64,000 bases of DNA, from contig MU057560.1 of assembly GCA_013265495.1 (NCBI GenBank), positions 444,753 through 508,752 of the forward strand, read 5' to 3'. The translations under genes were made by a program, and so were the position numbers. This document shows, piece after piece, positions 62,560-64,000 of the stretch (the first letter of the stretch is position 1; every line of letters begins with the position of its first letter). The notes below the pieces were generated by a model that was not told the DNA's origin, made no database searches, and saw nothing but the letters and a program-made list of their open reading frames with translations. The DNA is from Vicugna vicugna (lineage: Eukaryota).

Positions 62560-63600
62560 AACCTTCCCTCGGCCCCTCCCCCACAAAGGCACACAGCCGA
62601 GCATCCCAGAGCCTCCCCGGCACGTGAGCAGCGGCTCATCCATGCATAATGCGTCCAGGCCTGCCTGGCTGAGGCCACAGGGCACGGAAGCAGGGAGAAG
62701 TGCCCCCGGGACACGAGGCCCCCATCAGATGGCGTGCCACAAGCCGGCGCCCTTCCAGCCCGAACAGTCTCTGCACCCTGCACGGGCTGCGCTTCCAAGA
62801 CGCCCGCATCTCCAACCAGCGCACCTCCAGAGCGCGGGTCCCTGCAGAGCCTTTCCTCACATCATTTGCAAGTTGCTCCCCTGGCCCGCTCTCCAGACGT
62901 GACCTAATTGCCGCCTGCCCGGCCGGCTGTGGTGGTGTGAGCGCGGCCCCCTCGTGCGGGGAGGTGCTGTGATCTGAGCTCCCCGCATCCCAGCAGCCGG
63001 GCTGGGGGAGCAGAGGAGAGCAGGTCAGGAGGGAATTAAGAAGAAGCTTCTCCTGGGGTGGGACGGTGGGGTATGGCTCAGTGGTAGAGCGCATGCTTAG
63101 CATGAAGGAGGTCCTGGGTTCAATCCCCAGTATCTACATTAAAAAAAAGAAGAAAAAATCAACAAACCTAATTACCTCCCCCAAAAGAAAAAGTCTAAAA
63201 ATTAAGGGGGGGGGGAGAAGTAGCTTTTCCTGCCTTTAGCAGTGCTCCCCACTGCAGCATACACACATTTTTAATAAAGGTTGTTTAGAAAACAATGGAC
63301 GAGAACAAAAAAATCACAAACCCAGGAGCCAAAGGCAGATGCATCCGCAGCGGAGGGAGGCCTTCCCGTCTCAGAGTCGCGCCGCGGCCCTTTTCCGGCA
63401 CTGGGGCTACATCGCCCGACTCCGCCGCTCTGTCGGGGCTGGTCTTGGAAGTGAGTCAGACGCTGAAGGTCTGTTTCGTCAAAACCACACGATTCCTTGA
63501 TCGCGGTTCCTGGCAGTTCGGTCTTGGAGATGCGGTATTAATGAAAACGGGAGATGACGGAGGAGACCTACTGAGTGGGTCTAATATTTTGTTCGGGGAT
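62560..63600. promoter_or_regulatory. CpG-rich island-like region interrupted by a SINE
   Basis: Dense CpG at 62560-63000 and 63340-63560; AP-1 TGAGTCA 63452-63458. Confidence 0.45.
63056..63215 (+). mobile_element. Camelid tRNA-derived SINE (Vic-1 type)
   Basis: gtatggctcagtggtagagcgcatgcttagcatgaaggaggtcctgggttcaatccccag...aaacctaattacctccccc. TSD agaagaagcttctcctg / agaagtagcttttcctg (15/17). Confidence 0.93.
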
Positions 63601-64000
63601 CCTCTCTGAGAGAGAAGTAAGAGGGCAGAGGTGTGAGCAGGCCTGGGGGGCCCACTTTGCCTCAGAAAAAGGCAGGGGTTTAAAACGCAGATCCGGCGCT
63701 TTCAGACCCAGGCTGAGATAGGTTGTAATTCGTTGGCTGTTACCCAGGTGCATTGGAAATGCCCAGGACAGAAACTCGGGACTCTAGGAGAGCTTCTGTA
63801 TCGTACCCTTGCCCTTGCGGGGCGAAAGCCCGCAGTGAGTTAAGGCCACCGTGTGTTGTGGAGGCTTTCACTCCACGTGGAGGAGAGCAAACTTCTGTCC
63901 ATAACACTCCGCCTGGAATCTGGCTGCAGCAGGGCTGTGCGGCTACGCCTTCGCTTTCTCCTGGTCAACATCGGAGAGCCCTGTGACGTGAATAACCCCA

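Noticed and set aside
28215-63215. Four tRNA-like sequences (28215, 60296, 61101, 63056) as tRNA genes
   Set aside because: They share the SINE body and A-rich tails, and two have TSDs, so they are tRNA-derived SINEs
1-64000. Assigning the window to a named gene locus, or calling CRISPR, operon or prophage features
   Set aside because: I recognised no diagnostic coding sequence, and the DNA is mammalian with no repeat-spacer array

Overview
This is mammalian genomic DNA, most likely a camelid (alpaca, llama or camel). Four tRNA-derived SINEs match my recollection of the camelid Vic-1 type, and several camelid/artiodactyl L1 3' ends are present. I recognise no protein-coding gene, tRNA/rRNA gene or prokaryotic system, and the ORF track looks like noise plus L1 remnants. 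The window is repeat-rich non-coding sequence (L1, MIR, L2, MaLR/ERVL/ERV1 solo LTRs, microsatellites) with a 154-bp N gap at 45335-45488. The unique DNA between repeats is the interesting part. It holds several homeodomain/FOX/HOX-motif-dense, enhancer-like blocks (about 7.7, 31.6, 49.8, 56.2 and 59.0 kb), a CpG-rich promoter-like region at about 44-45 kb, and rising CpG density toward the right end. Scattered strong splice sites suggest unannotated spliced transcripts on both strands, including a speculative 71-aa two-exon ORF and a possible LTR-driven unit. The best reading is a gene-desert or large-intron regulatory landscape, possibly beside a developmental gene that I cannot identify. 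Repeat subfamily names come from memory of consensus sequences, and boundaries of old repeats are approximate. I did not find a demonstrable new biological system; the findings are testable hypotheses.
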